Numbered from the stretch's first letter, positions 10,191 through 20,701 are shown. The stretch: 64,000 bases of DNA from an uncultured cyanobacterium (GCA_963703315.1 OY969811.1:3104001-3168000); one strand, 5' to 3'. Numbers and translations: made by a program. Notes: a model not told the origin generated them from the sequence alone.

Positions 10191-11111
10191 ATGCGTTTGG
10201 AACAGTTACAGGCTTTTTTAGCAGTAGTAGAAACGGGAAACTTTCAACAGGCTGCCCAGAAATGCGGTGTTAGTCAATCCACTATTAGCCGACAGGTGCA
10301 GTCTTTGGAGGCAACTGTCGGTTTGTCACTGTTTCATCGTCAGGGAAATGCGAAATTAACTTTGGGGGGTGATCGCCTCCTACCTCACGCTAAAAAAATT
10401 TGTCAGATCTGGGCAACTGCTGAGCAAGAGTTAATCGATTTACAGGCTGGCAAACAAACTGAGCTTTGTGTCGCGGGGATTCCTTCTGCTTGTGCCTATC
10501 AGTTACCGCCGATATTACAAAAGTTTTCTAGAGCTTATCCAAATGTGCAATTGCGGGTAACGACATTAGGTAGCGATCGCGCTTTGAAAGTTCTCAAAGA
10601 TGGCTTAATCGATATTGCGATCGTGATGAATAATCCATTTTTGAATGCCAGTTCGGACATGGTGGTGACCAAACTATATGAGGAGGAGATTCAATTATTG
10701 CTCCCTATTCAGCATCCACTTAGCAAGAAAGAAGTGATCAATTGGAAGGATCTTAATAACTTCCCCCAAGCTGTATTTAAGGATGGCTACGGATTGCAGC
10801 GTCTTGTCCAAGATCAGTTTAATCGTCAGGGGATTCGTTTAAATGCAGCATTAGAATTGAATGCTCTGGAAGCTTTTCGGGGTGTAGTCAAGCAAGGAAG
10901 TTTGATCGCTCTCTTGCCTGAAACTTTTTTGGTGGAGTTACGCAATGATCCAGACTTGATCGTGCGATCGCTGCATGAGCCAAATCTGACTCGCGAAATT
11001 GTACTAGTTACCACTAGCGATCGCATTCAAATTCCGCCAATTCAATATTTTTGCAAGCTTGCGGCGGAGATGACGCAACAGCCAATTCCTATAGTAAGTA
11101 GCTCAGCATAG
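10191..11111 (+). CDS. ntcB: LysR-family regulator of nitrate assimilation, NtcB
   Basis: MRLEQLQAFLAV..TGNFQQAAQKCGVSQSTISRQ HTH and LGSDRALKVLKDG; followed by a cnaT-like gene. Confidence 0.8.
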   Translation: MRLEQLQAFLAVVETGNFQQAAQKCGVSQSTISRQVQSLEATVGLSLFHRQGNAKLTLGGDRLLPHAKKICQIWATAEQELIDLQAGKQTELCVAGIPSACAYQLPPILQKFSRAYPNVQLRVTTLGSDRALKVLKDGLIDIAIVMNNPFLNASSDMVVTKLYEEEIQLLLPIQHPLSKKEVINWKDLNNFPQAVFKDGYGLQRLVQDQFNRQGIRLNAALELNALEAFRGVVKQGSLIALLPETFLVELRNDPDLIVRSLHEPNLTREIVLVTTSDRIQIPPIQYFCKLAAEMTQQPIPIVSSSA

Positions 11112-11251
11112 TTATAAACTAAACCCAAATTGTTATGCCGTCCGCGTAGCAGGCGGCATAACAATTTAAAATCTTAAATATCAAAGAAGATAGCTCTTCG
11201 CGCATCCTTCCTGATTTGACCGACTTTTGCATTAAATTCACACCTAGAGTA

Positions 11252-12313
11252 ATGAGTAAAGAATTTCGCGAATTTGTGCGTAAAGTTGGTAGCGGTACAC
11301 ATACCAGCAAAAGCTTAACGCGCCAAGAGGCAGAACGAGCCACAATCATGATGTTGCAAGGAGAAGCAACTCCTGCTCAAATTGGGGCATTTATGATTGC
11401 CCATCGGATTAAGCGTCCCACCAGTGAGGAATTGGCGGGAATGCTCGATGCCTATAAGTTACTGGGGGCAAAGGTGGCGGCGATCGCCAATGACAAGCAA
11501 GTTTTGGTACTGGGATCGCCCTATGATGGCAGATCCAAGACTGCCCCCGTGAGTCCGACCACTGCAATTGTCTTAGCGGCGGCGGGAATTCCTGTGCTAA
11601 TGCATGGCGGCGATCGGATGCCCACAAAGGAGGGATTACCTTTTATCGAAATCTGGCAAGCCTTGGGACTTCATTGGCAAGATTTAGAAATTGCTCAAGT
11701 GCAGCAAAATCTAGAGCAGCACCATCTCGGTTTTGTCTATCAACCCAAACATTTTCCTTTAGCTGATGATCTGGTTGCCTATCGCGAACAAATTGGCAAG
11801 CGCCCACCCTTTGCTACGCTTGAGCTAATGTGGTCACCCTATCAAGGCAAGCAATTGATCGTGTCGGGCTTTGTGCATCCACCGACGGAGACAAATATCC
11901 GTGAAGCTTTTGCTCAGCATGGGATTACCGAATTTGCGACTGTGAAAGGATGGGAAGGAAGTGTAGATTTACCACGATCGCGTACGGCGATTATTGGTAT
12001 TAATCATGGCGATCGCTTTGAGCGCTTGACTCTATCTGCCAGAAGCTATGGATTTAGTGCTGAAGATCCTGCGATCGCTGATGCTTCTGAAATTGCGGCA
12101 AAAGTCACCTCTGCGCTCAAAGCCGAACCTTCGGAATATCTCAACTCAGTATTCTGGAACTGTGGATTTTATCTCTGGCTTTATGGATTACATGGTGAGA
12201 TTGGAGAAGCGATCGCCTACGCCCAAGAAATTATCAGCAGTGGCGCAGCATGGCAAAAGTTACAGGATTTACAAAGCAGTAGCCCTGTAATAAATTACGG
12301 GCTAAAAGCTTAA
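11252..12313 (+). CDS. cnaT: Anthranilate phosphoribosyltransferase-like protein CnaT
   Basis: TrpD/YbiB-like (ATPAQIGAFMIAHRIK, PYDGRS, MHGGDRMPTK); downstream of ntcB. Confidence 0.75.
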   Translation: MSKEFREFVRKVGSGTHTSKSLTRQEAERATIMMLQGEATPAQIGAFMIAHRIKRPTSEELAGMLDAYKLLGAKVAAIANDKQVLVLGSPYDGRSKTAPVSPTTAIVLAAAGIPVLMHGGDRMPTKEGLPFIEIWQALGLHWQDLEIAQVQQNLEQHHLGFVYQPKHFPLADDLVAYREQIGKRPPFATLELMWSPYQGKQLIVSGFVHPPTETNIREAFAQHGITEFATVKGWEGSVDLPRSRTAIIGINHGDRFERLTLSARSYGFSAEDPAIADASEIAAKVTSALKAEPSEYLNSVFWNCGFYLWLYGLHGEIGEAIAYAQEIISSGAAWQKLQDLQSSSPVINYGLKA

Positions 12314-12370
12314 ACCCGTTGAAACGGGTTGATTAGAGAAGAGTTTTAGTTTGCTGATCGCTTTGCAAAG

Positions 12371-12438
12371 CCCATAAATTTAATGGCGGCAAAGCCGCCT
12401 CAAGACCCATAAATTTAATGGCGGCAAAGCCGCCTCAA
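12371..12438. repeat. Tandem duplication (35-bp period) of a small hairpin unit
   Basis: cccataaatttaatggcggcaaagccgcctcaa at 12371-12403 and 12406-12438. Confidence 0.9.
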
Positions 12439-12440
12439 AT

Positions 12441-13733
12441 TTATGGTTTCTGCTCTTTGAGCATTTTTGTATATTCTTGATCCGTCAAATCCTGCTCGGT
12501 GGTATAAGCGAGATTATTTTGATCGATCGCCTCTTGCTTCATTGCAAAGGTACGCGCAAAATCTAGCTTTTCGCGCAGGGTTGCTGATGGCTTTTGCAAC
12601 TGCTCAGCACTTGCTGCACGTTTTTGGTTGCGATCGCCTATACCTTTATTCAGATATTGCAAGACAAAATAGCGTACCGCAGGCGTGGACAGGAATAGCA
12701 CGGCATAGCCTAGCAGGAAGCCATAAGCCGCTTTGATGAAACCTAGAAATCCAACTAGAGATTTAGCCAATCTGGGATCGCCCAGTAAACTGCCAAGATA
12801 TAGCGAGGCAACTAGATAAAAAATACCTAAACCGATCGCTAAAGCAATCTTGCCTTGAGAGGCTTGGCTAAACTGCCAAAGCTTTTCTTGTAAATAAGAA
12901 CTAGTAGTTTTAGCTTTGCGCTCTGAGGCAACTTTTTGTAATTCGGGGAATTTATAGGCAATGGTTCCTGCATCGCTAACTTCGGGGAAGCCGTTAAATT
13001 TTGACAGCACAGGAATTACAAAATATTCATCACCCTCTAGACGGCTAGTTTCATCGAGATAAGGCGCAATTTGTTCGGCAACGACCACACCATTGTTGCT
13101 ACGAATCATGGCAGCAATATCGCGCCAACGACGTTCTTCGAGATCGGCGTTAGGGTTGCCATCGCCAAACAAAAATGAAAATACGCTTTCTAAAAAGCCC
13201 ATTTCATCGGGATCGCGTTGACGGATGCGTTCTGGCTCGTAGTAGTAGGGATCAAACATAATGAACGGATTACCGAAGGGATTGCCCCAGCCGCCGAGCC
13301 AAATAAATCCACCGCCACCACCGCGATTATCACTACGGCGATCATTGCGATCGTTGTCGCTGCGACCTTGACTTTGCAAAGCGATCGTGGCGGCAATAAT
13401 GCCCAGTACCACGATCAAAATCGAGACAATCAGCAAAATGCCAAAGGAAATACGGATCGCGTAAAATACCCATTTCCAAACACCCTTAAGCCATTCCTTG
13501 ACCTGTAGCCAAAATGAACGACTGACAAGGACTTGACGAAAATTTGGGGCAAATTTGTAGGCAATCTCGCCCGACTCAGCAACTTGGAGATTACCACCAG
13601 TTTCTGAGGCAAGCGCCAATACTTCACGCTGTGCTGTATTTAAATCAAGTCCAGACTGTGCCGCCACATCGCCTATCGTGACCCGATAGTTGAGCTTTTC
13701 GACGGCTTCCATCACTGCTGTACGCGGAGCCAT
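12441..13733 (-). CDS. Conserved cyanobacterial/plastid-type membrane protein
   Basis: RVTIGDVAAQSGL, FLESVFSFLFGDGNPN and FPELQ motifs; TM segments. Confidence 0.8.
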   Translation of the reverse strand: MAPRTAVMEAVEKLNYRVTIGDVAAQSGLDLNTAQREVLALASETGGNLQVAESGEIAYKFAPNFRQVLVSRSFWLQVKEWLKGVWKWVFYAIRISFGILLIVSILIVVLGIIAATIALQSQGRSDNDRNDRRSDNRGGGGGFIWLGGWGNPFGNPFIMFDPYYYEPERIRQRDPDEMGFLESVFSFLFGDGNPNADLEERRWRDIAAMIRSNNGVVVAEQIAPYLDETSRLEGDEYFVIPVLSKFNGFPEVSDAGTIAYKFPELQKVASERKAKTTSSYLQEKLWQFSQASQGKIALAIGLGIFYLVASLYLGSLLGDPRLAKSLVGFLGFIKAAYGFLLGYAVLFLSTPAVRYFVLQYLNKGIGDRNQKRAASAEQLQKPSATLREKLDFARTFAMKQEAIDQNNLAYTTEQDLTDQEYTKMLKEQKP

Positions 13734-13864
13734 TTGCTTTCACTAATCTAACTTCTAGACCTATTATGATTTAAATACACAAGATTTGAGTCATGCTCTA
13801 TGCAACTCAATGTGCAACTCAATGTGTAAACTAATTTTCGGCAAGCAGTTTTAGGATATTTGTC

Positions 13865-14665
13865 ATGCAGCAAGAACCCATGCGATCGCCTGCAAATCAA
13901 GATTTTAGTTCCGAGTCATCAGGGGATAGTGACTCTGAGTTTATGTTAACTCCTGAGCAGGAAGCAGCAATGCTATCTGAGTTTGGTGCTAGTGACGACT
14001 CCCAGTACGACCTCCAAGATCCAGATGCTGAAACCAAGCAGGAACAGGATGTAGTGCAGGAGTCTGGCACAACTTCTGAGTTTCGCCATTTTCATAATCA
14101 TTATATTGGCAATATGGAATTGCTTGCTGATAAACAAACCGTGATGAAATATTTTGATGCTCATCAGGGTTGGTTTCGGCGGTGCGCCCATCCTTTTAAA
14201 GCTGATCCGATTGGGGAAACTGGTTATGCGATGGGTATCGGTAAGGTAGGAGCTTTAGGCTTTCAGGTTGATGCAAGGGTGGGGCTAAATTTGTTGCCAC
14301 CTGACGAAAATACTGTTTATCGGATTGTGACCATTCCCATTCCTGAGCAAGTACCACAGGGCTATGAAGTTGACTTTCAAGCGGAGATGCGTTTAGAAGA
14401 GAAAAACTTAGAATTGCGAGCAGGGGAAAAGATTGGGTTCGATCCATTGATCACCAGTGTAGAGTGGGATTTAAATCTCACGGTTTCCTTACATTTTCCT
14501 GCTTTCATTCAGAAACTAGCTAAGGATATGATTCAGAAAACAGGTGATAGTGTGTTGGGTTTTATCGTGCAGCGTGTTTCTAAAAGCTTGACGGCAAAAG
14601 TGCAAGATGATTTTCATAAGACCCACGAAATCAAAGTTCCTAAACAGATTAAGCTCAGAAGATAG
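13865..14665 (+). CDS. DUF1997-family protein with acidic N-terminal extension
   Basis: YFDAHQGWFRRCAHP motif. Confidence 0.75.
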   Translation: MQQEPMRSPANQDFSSESSGDSDSEFMLTPEQEAAMLSEFGASDDSQYDLQDPDAETKQEQDVVQESGTTSEFRHFHNHYIGNMELLADKQTVMKYFDAHQGWFRRCAHPFKADPIGETGYAMGIGKVGALGFQVDARVGLNLLPPDENTVYRIVTIPIPEQVPQGYEVDFQAEMRLEEKNLELRAGEKIGFDPLITSVEWDLNLTVSLHFPAFIQKLAKDMIQKTGDSVLGFIVQRVSKSLTAKVQDDFHKTHEIKVPKQIKLRR

Positions 14666-14730
14666 CCCTTACCCCTAGCCCCTCTCTTTTAAAGCCAAAT
14701 ATGCTTCGCATATTTGGCTGATTTAAAAAC

Positions 14731-15426
14731 ATGATCTACACCTTTGCGATTTTACTTGCACCAGCATCAGAAAATTTACCATTGGGAATTACAGGTAAGC
14801 CAATTCAATATTTGCAATGCGATCGCCTGATTGCGGCGATTGAGCCAGATATTGATATTGAAGCGCTGAAACTATTGCCAGAGCAATCTTTGATGCAAGT
14901 AATTATTCAGCACGATCGCCTCATTTGTGAATTGTTTAATCAGCGCACGCTTTTACCTTTGCGATTTGGAACTGCTTTTGTTTCCATTAGTGCGTTGGAA
15001 ACCTATTTGCAAGAAGAGAAGGAAAGATTATTCGCAAGTTTACAGAGACTAGATGGCTATGCAGAATTTCTAATTACAGGTTCAGCGATCGCGCCCAAAG
15101 TAGAAGCTGCCACAAACCTCAAAGGCAAAGATTATCTCCTAGCTAAGCGATCGCAATATTTGCAACAGGAACAATGGCGATCGCAGTTACAACAAGAAGT
15201 TCTCGATTATCGACAGACAATTACCGACAACTTAAATTCTGCTCTCGATAAAGCCGAATTTCAACACGTAGAAACTCAAGGTTCTGAAGACGTTCGTGTT
15301 TATGCCTTATTGCCGCGATCGCAGGTCGAGTCTTTACAAGATGCATTGCGATCGTGGGAAGAGAAACATTCTCATTGGCAGATTTCATGGAGTGATGCTT
15401 TACCGCCCTATCATTTTTTGAATTAA
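14731..15426 (+). CDS. GvpF/GvpL-family gas vesicle protein
   Basis: HDRLICELF..TLLPLRFGT and C-terminal PPYHF motifs. Confidence 0.85.
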   Translation: MIYTFAILLAPASENLPLGITGKPIQYLQCDRLIAAIEPDIDIEALKLLPEQSLMQVIIQHDRLICELFNQRTLLPLRFGTAFVSISALETYLQEEKERLFASLQRLDGYAEFLITGSAIAPKVEAATNLKGKDYLLAKRSQYLQQEQWRSQLQQEVLDYRQTITDNLNSALDKAEFQHVETQGSEDVRVYALLPRSQVESLQDALRSWEEKHSHWQISWSDALPPYHFLN

Positions 15427-15611
15427 TGGATTTATAGGCGATCGCTTGGCTAACTTGCCCAGTACTTGATCTCGCGATCTATAATGCTGATAAATCCTCT
15501 CGTAATCTAACCCTATATCTCAAGATCTGCTAACTCAAATTAATCCATTTTAGTTTAGCTAAGTCAGGCATTTATCTTGTAAAACTTAAGTAATATTAGA
15601 GGAGGTAAGTA

Positions 15612-16859
15612 GTGATTGAAAAATTGATAACAGATAACAACCATGAACAAGCACTAATCTCCTATGAAAAGAAATTACAAGATCATCCTGATGATTATGA
15701 AGCATGGAACAATCGAGCTATTGCTTTAGGCTATTTAGGTAGACATGAAGAAGCACTCACATCCTATAACAAAGCAATACAAATAAACCCTAATGCATCT
15801 GAAGTATGGCATAGTCAAGGATGGGAACTAGTTAATTTAGGCAGAAATGAAGAAGCAATCACCTGCTTTCATAAAGTACTAGAGATCAGTCCTGACAACA
15901 ATTCAGCATGGTACAACTTAGGTGTTGCATTAGTTAATTTAGGTAGATATGAAGAAGCAATTCCAGCTTTTAATACAGCAGTAAAACTTAGTCCTGCCAA
16001 ATATGAAGCATGGCATAACCAAGGATGGTCACTAGTTAGTTTAGGTAGATATGAAGAAGCAATCAACTCATTTGACATGGCTTTACAACTTAATCCTGAT
16101 GTAAACGAGGCATGGCATATTCGGGGTATTGCTTTAGCTAATGTTGGTAGATACGAAGATGCAATTAGATCATATAAAAAGGCTTTGCTAATCAATCCTG
16201 TCGCATACCGAGCATGGTATAACCAAGGAACTGCGTTAGCTAAAATAGGAAGGTATGAAGAAGCGATTTTATCTTTATTTCAAGCTATACAAATCAAGCC
16301 CCAAGAAGACTTTCTTTGGAATGGAATAGAAGCTTTATTATTTGCGATTAAAGAGCATTTTAAATCTTTAGGCGAAGTAGAGAGTAGATCAATAATAATT
16401 CAAGCATATAAAAATGGGATTAGAATCCTTGAGCAAATAGGAGATCAGCAACGTTTTCTCAAGTTTTCTTATCAATTAGGAAAAGTATTGTTAGAGATAG
16501 GAAACTATACCGAAGCAATTGAAAATCTTCAAGCCTGTGAGCAAATCTCTCAAAAGTTAAATGATATTCCTACCCTAGCTTTAACCTTATTTGATTTAGC
16601 GCGACTATATCACCTTACAGGTAGGCTAGAACAAGCGAGACTATATTTTAAGGACTCATTACGACTGTTTAGGCGATTACAAGATCCCGAAAAAATTGCA
16701 GCAGCAACATTAGCTTTGGGCAATTTAGAAATGCAAATCGGTAAGATTTCTCAAGCTTTAACTCACTTAAAAGAAGCAGAAACTTATTATCAATCTCAAG
16801 ATGACTCTGATCGTTTACAAGAAGTTAATTACTTACTCCAAATCCTACAAGCAGCTTAA
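15612..16859 (+). CDS. TPR repeat protein
   Basis: About 6 canonical 34-aa repeats (AW.N.G..L..LGRYEEAI), then longer C-terminal TPR-like helices; GGAGG RBS before GTG. Confidence 0.9.
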   Translation: MIEKLITDNNHEQALISYEKKLQDHPDDYEAWNNRAIALGYLGRHEEALTSYNKAIQINPNASEVWHSQGWELVNLGRNEEAITCFHKVLEISPDNNSAWYNLGVALVNLGRYEEAIPAFNTAVKLSPAKYEAWHNQGWSLVSLGRYEEAINSFDMALQLNPDVNEAWHIRGIALANVGRYEDAIRSYKKALLINPVAYRAWYNQGTALAKIGRYEEAILSLFQAIQIKPQEDFLWNGIEALLFAIKEHFKSLGEVESRSIIIQAYKNGIRILEQIGDQQRFLKFSYQLGKVLLEIGNYTEAIENLQACEQISQKLNDIPTLALTLFDLARLYHLTGRLEQARLYFKDSLRLFRRLQDPEKIAAATLALGNLEMQIGKISQALTHLKEAETYYQSQDDSDRLQEVNYLLQILQAA

Positions 16860-16862
16860 ATT

Positions 16863-18107
16863 ATGTCACCTAAAAAATCTCGACTTGGCGGTTATCTAGA
16901 ATCCCTCAAAAAATGGGAACTACGAGAAAATCCGTTTCACGCAACCCCGCCCGATGATCCACAACTACTAGCTCAAATATTTTATGGGCGCGATCAAGAA
17001 TTAGATATTGCCATTCCTACACTCTATGAAGGTAATAATATTCTAGTGAGAGGCACTTGGGGCATTGGTAAAACAGCTCTCATCCTCAATTTAATCTATC
17101 AACTACAACAAGAAGTAGCCGCTCAAGAGGAAAAGATGCTGGTACTTTATCTGAGTAGTATTCCAGCAGATAAACCTGTGGATTTTTATCGATCCTTATT
17201 AATGGCGATCTCAGACAGTTTAAAAGAGCAAGATTCCGAAGCTCAGGACATTGTCAATAGTCTGTTAGGTTATTCGATCCAACGTACTAAAACTTCTACT
17301 GAAGGCAAAGTTCAATTGTGGTCAATATCCTTTAGCGTCAAAGATGAAACTCCTTCTAATCCACTTACGCCAAATACTAACGCTGATCCTTATCCTTTAC
17401 TAATGCGACTATTAGATAAAGCCGAACAGAGATATAATCGCATAGTTTTTGCGATCGATGACTTTGACAAAAAAGATCCCATTGTTGTCCAAACCATTCT
17501 AGAAGGAAGCCTCGACCTTTTCCGTAATAGTAAAAATCGTGCGTTTATCATCACAGGCAGAGGTTTTACCGATCTCCAAGAAGCAACCTTAAAAGCTTTA
17601 GGCATCTTTTCAGAAGATATTAACCTTCCACCTATGGCTCCAGACGATCTGCGACACATAGCCATCAACTATCTTAATAGTGCCAGAATTTCTTCCCGTG
17701 ATGATTGTTATCCTTTTACTGACGAAGTGATGACGTTAATCACTGACTATGCCCAAGGATTTCCTCGCCAGCTAAACACCATTTGCGAGAAAGTGTTACG
17801 CCAAGCAGCATCTAAAGGATATGACGAAATTAACTTAGAAGCTTTTACAGATGTCTGGCAACTAGTCCAACAAGACTATACACGTTCCATTTCTCCTCAA
17901 TTACGTCATTTACTCTATGTCGCCCACCAAGCAGGAGGCATAAGTGAAGATATTGAAGATGAAGATTTAGCCAAACTAGATGCCTTAACCTATGTTTCGC
18001 TATTACCAAAACTCAAATCGATGGAAGATCTAGGAGTATTAATTCGTCGAGAAGATGAGGGCGGTATTCGTTTCTTACCATCCAAACTATTTCAACCGCC
18101 CACCTGA
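16863..18107 (+). CDS. P-loop ATPase (AAA+/STAND-like) with probable C-terminal winged helix
   Basis: FYGRDQEL, Walker A GTWGIGKT, Walker B IVFAIDDFD, GFPR; starts 3 nt after the TPR gene. Confidence 0.85.
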   Translation: MSPKKSRLGGYLESLKKWELRENPFHATPPDDPQLLAQIFYGRDQELDIAIPTLYEGNNILVRGTWGIGKTALILNLIYQLQQEVAAQEEKMLVLYLSSIPADKPVDFYRSLLMAISDSLKEQDSEAQDIVNSLLGYSIQRTKTSTEGKVQLWSISFSVKDETPSNPLTPNTNADPYPLLMRLLDKAEQRYNRIVFAIDDFDKKDPIVVQTILEGSLDLFRNSKNRAFIITGRGFTDLQEATLKALGIFSEDINLPPMAPDDLRHIAINYLNSARISSRDDCYPFTDEVMTLITDYAQGFPRQLNTICEKVLRQAASKGYDEINLEAFTDVWQLVQQDYTRSISPQLRHLLYVAHQAGGISEDIEDEDLAKLDALTYVSLLPKLKSMEDLGVLIRREDEGGIRFLPSKLFQPPT

Positions 18108-18224
18108 TACACAGCCTCATTTTGCTAATCACCACTTTCAAACTCAGCCCTTGAGATGAATGATAAAGCTGAGGTTGTTATATTGGAGATAATATTGCCT
18201 ATATAGCGATCGCCCCACAAGACC

Positions 18225-19442
18225 ATGACTTTTGCGACCACAGCCTCACCCACACATACCAATTTCAAGATTCGTGCTGATATCCTTGATCTGCAACCAA
18301 GCCTTGTCCAATGGCGGAGAGACTTTCATCGCTTTCCTGAATTAGGTTTTCAAGAAAAGCGGACATCTACAGCGATCGCAGAGAAACTAACTGCATGGGG
18401 CATCCCTCATCAAACAGGCATTGCTCAAACTGGTATCGTTGCCACGATCGCTGGGACAAAGAAAGGCAAGCAAAAAGTCTTAGCAATCCGTGCTGATATG
18501 GATGCGTTGCCAATTCAAGAAGAAAATATCGTTAGTTATAAATCGCAAATTGATAACATGATGCACGCTTGTGGTCATGATGGACACACAGCGATCGCCT
18601 TAGGTACTGCCAAATATCTCTGGGAACATCGTGCTGATTTTAGTGGAACTGTCAAAATCATTTTTCAACCTGCTGAGGAAGGACCTGGGGGCGCAAAACC
18701 AATGATCGAAGCGGGAGTATTAGAAAACCCTAAAGTTGATGCGGTAATTGGTTTACATCTTTGGAATAATTTACCCCTTGGAACAGTTGGTGTGAGAAGT
18801 GGTGCATTAATGGCAGCAACTGAATACTTCCATTGCAAAATTATTGGACGCGGCGGACATGGCGCACTTCCCCATCAAACGATTGATTCCATTTTAGTAG
18901 CTGCTCAAGTGGTAAATACTATTCATAGCATCGTATCGCGCAATGTTAGTCCTCTCGAATCCGCGGTGATCAGTATCGGTGAATTACACGCTGGTTCCGC
19001 TACGAATATCATCGCTGATTCCGCCAGAATTAGTGGCACGGTGCGATTTTTTAATCCTGAAGTTGGCGCAAAATTGGCATTGCGTTTGGAAGAAGCGATC
19101 GCAGGTGTCTGTGCAGCACATGGCGCTTCTTATGAGTTGAAATATACTAAGCTCTATCCTGCGGTAATTAATGATCATGCGATCGCGGAATTAGTTCGCT
19201 CTGTCGCGGAAACTGTCATCGAAACTCCCGCAGGTATCGTTCCCGAATGTCAAACGATGGGTGGTGAAGATGTATCTTTCTTTTTAGAAGCTGTAGCAGG
19301 TTGCTACTTCTTTCTCGGTTCTGCTAATCCAGATAAGGGTTTAGCCTATCCTCACCACCATCCTCGCTTCAACTTTGATGAGACGGCACTGGCAACTGGT
19401 GTAGAAATCTTTGCCCGTTGTGTCGAAAAGTTTTTGGGTTAG
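18225..19442 (+). CDS. M20 family amidohydrolase (N-acyl-L-amino acid amidohydrolase-like)
   Basis: RADMDALP, MHACGHDGH, FQPAEEG, GGEDV and HHPRF motifs. Confidence 0.93.
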   Translation: MTFATTASPTHTNFKIRADILDLQPSLVQWRRDFHRFPELGFQEKRTSTAIAEKLTAWGIPHQTGIAQTGIVATIAGTKKGKQKVLAIRADMDALPIQEENIVSYKSQIDNMMHACGHDGHTAIALGTAKYLWEHRADFSGTVKIIFQPAEEGPGGAKPMIEAGVLENPKVDAVIGLHLWNNLPLGTVGVRSGALMAATEYFHCKIIGRGGHGALPHQTIDSILVAAQVVNTIHSIVSRNVSPLESAVISIGELHAGSATNIIADSARISGTVRFFNPEVGAKLALRLEEAIAGVCAAHGASYELKYTKLYPAVINDHAIAELVRSVAETVIETPAGIVPECQTMGGEDVSFFLEAVAGCYFFLGSANPDKGLAYPHHHPRFNFDETALATGVEIFARCVEKFLG

Positions 19443-19492
19443 GCTTGAGGTTATTCCAATACCGCGATTTATAGATTTGTTAGGAGAGTTCA

Positions 19493-20125
19493 GTGATGAT
19501 TGCTCAACCACAATATACAAGCCCAGAAGATAATCAACTAATCATGTCACCTGAAGCCTATCTCGCATGGGAAAGTGAACAGGATAGTAAATATGAATAC
19601 GAAAACGGTAAAATCATTGCGATGACAGGTGGCACTATTCCCCATAGTCAGATTCCGCTTAATTTTGCTTCTTTGCTACTTATGCACCTGCGGGGTAAAG
19701 GCTGCAAGATCACTATCAGTGATGCTAAAGTCTTTGTCAAATCTGGGAAATATTATTATCCTGATGTAGTGGTTTCCTGTGATGAGCGCGATCGCTTCTC
19801 CCGTGATTTCTTGCAATATCCCACCCTCATCGCGGAAGTTCTATCACCAACAACGGAATCACGCGATCGCGGTATTAAGCAGCAAAACTATATGGCGATC
19901 GAGACGCTGCAAACCTATATCCTGATTACTCCCGAACGCCCCAGAATCGAAGTTTATCAAAGACTAGATCGGGCTTGGGAATATCAATCTATAGCGATCG
20001 CGCAGACAAGTTTCGATCAGGAAGATCCGCTAATCGCCATCACCAGTATTGATTTCCAGTTTCCTCTATCAGCACTTTACGAAAATGTTGATTTTTTTGA
20101 TGATGAACAAACTCTAGAAGAGTAA
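19493..20125 (+). CDS. Uma2-family endonuclease-fold protein
   Basis: YEYENG.IIAMTGG, YYPDVVV and EVLSPTT motifs. Confidence 0.9.
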   Translation: MMIAQPQYTSPEDNQLIMSPEAYLAWESEQDSKYEYENGKIIAMTGGTIPHSQIPLNFASLLLMHLRGKGCKITISDAKVFVKSGKYYYPDVVVSCDERDRFSRDFLQYPTLIAEVLSPTTESRDRGIKQQNYMAIETLQTYILITPERPRIEVYQRLDRAWEYQSIAIAQTSFDQEDPLIAITSIDFQFPLSALYENVDFFDDEQTLEE

Positions 20126-20200
20126 GCGGCGTTGAGGACTGTCTTATCCATTTATGTTACTCTCAAGATTAATGTCGAATAAAACTTTGAGGGAAAGCTG

Positions 20201-20701
20201 ATGACACAGGCTTACTTAGAGACACAGGATATCCACGAACCAGCGATCGCTAACAATTCCCTTGATTCACTTCCTGCGCTCTATGAATGTGACTTTAATC
20301 TCTGGATTGAGGCAACAGCCCAGCTATTGCGTGAGGGCAGAGTAGCAGACCTAGACGTGGTGAATTTAATTGAAGAAGTGGAATCGATGGGAAATAGTGA
20401 TAAACACGCTTTAAGTAGTGATTTAGTCGTGGTTTTACTACATTTGCTGAAATGGCAATATCAACCGCACAAACGTACAAGAAGCTGGGAAAAAAGTATC
20501 GCTGAGCATCGTCGTCGCCTAGATGAACGCTTTGAAGTTAGTCCTAGTTTGAAAAGATATTATTTGCAAATATTTGATAAATGCTATCGAAATGCAAGAA
20601 AACAAGCCAAAATTGAAACAAGATTACCTTTAGCTCATTTCCCTGAGATTTGCCCTTTTACTTCTGAGCAAGTGTGTGATGAAGACTTTTTGCCTGAATA
20701 G
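20201..20701 (+). CDS. DUF29-family protein
   Basis: LYECDFNLW, NLIEEVESMG, LLHLLKWQYQP and SPSL motifs. Confidence 0.9.
   Translation: MTQAYLETQDIHEPAIANNSLDSLPALYECDFNLWIEATAQLLREGRVADLDVVNLIEEVESMGNSDKHALSSDLVVVLLHLLKWQYQPHKRTRSWEKSIAEHRRRLDERFEVSPSLKRYYLQIFDKCYRNARKQAKIETRLPLAHFPEICPFTSEQVCDEDFLPE

Noticed and set aside
19493..20701. Uma2 + DUF29 as a toxin-antitoxin or defence pair
   Set aside because: Both families are highly expanded and scattered in cyanobacteria; there is a 75-nt gap and no sign of coupling.
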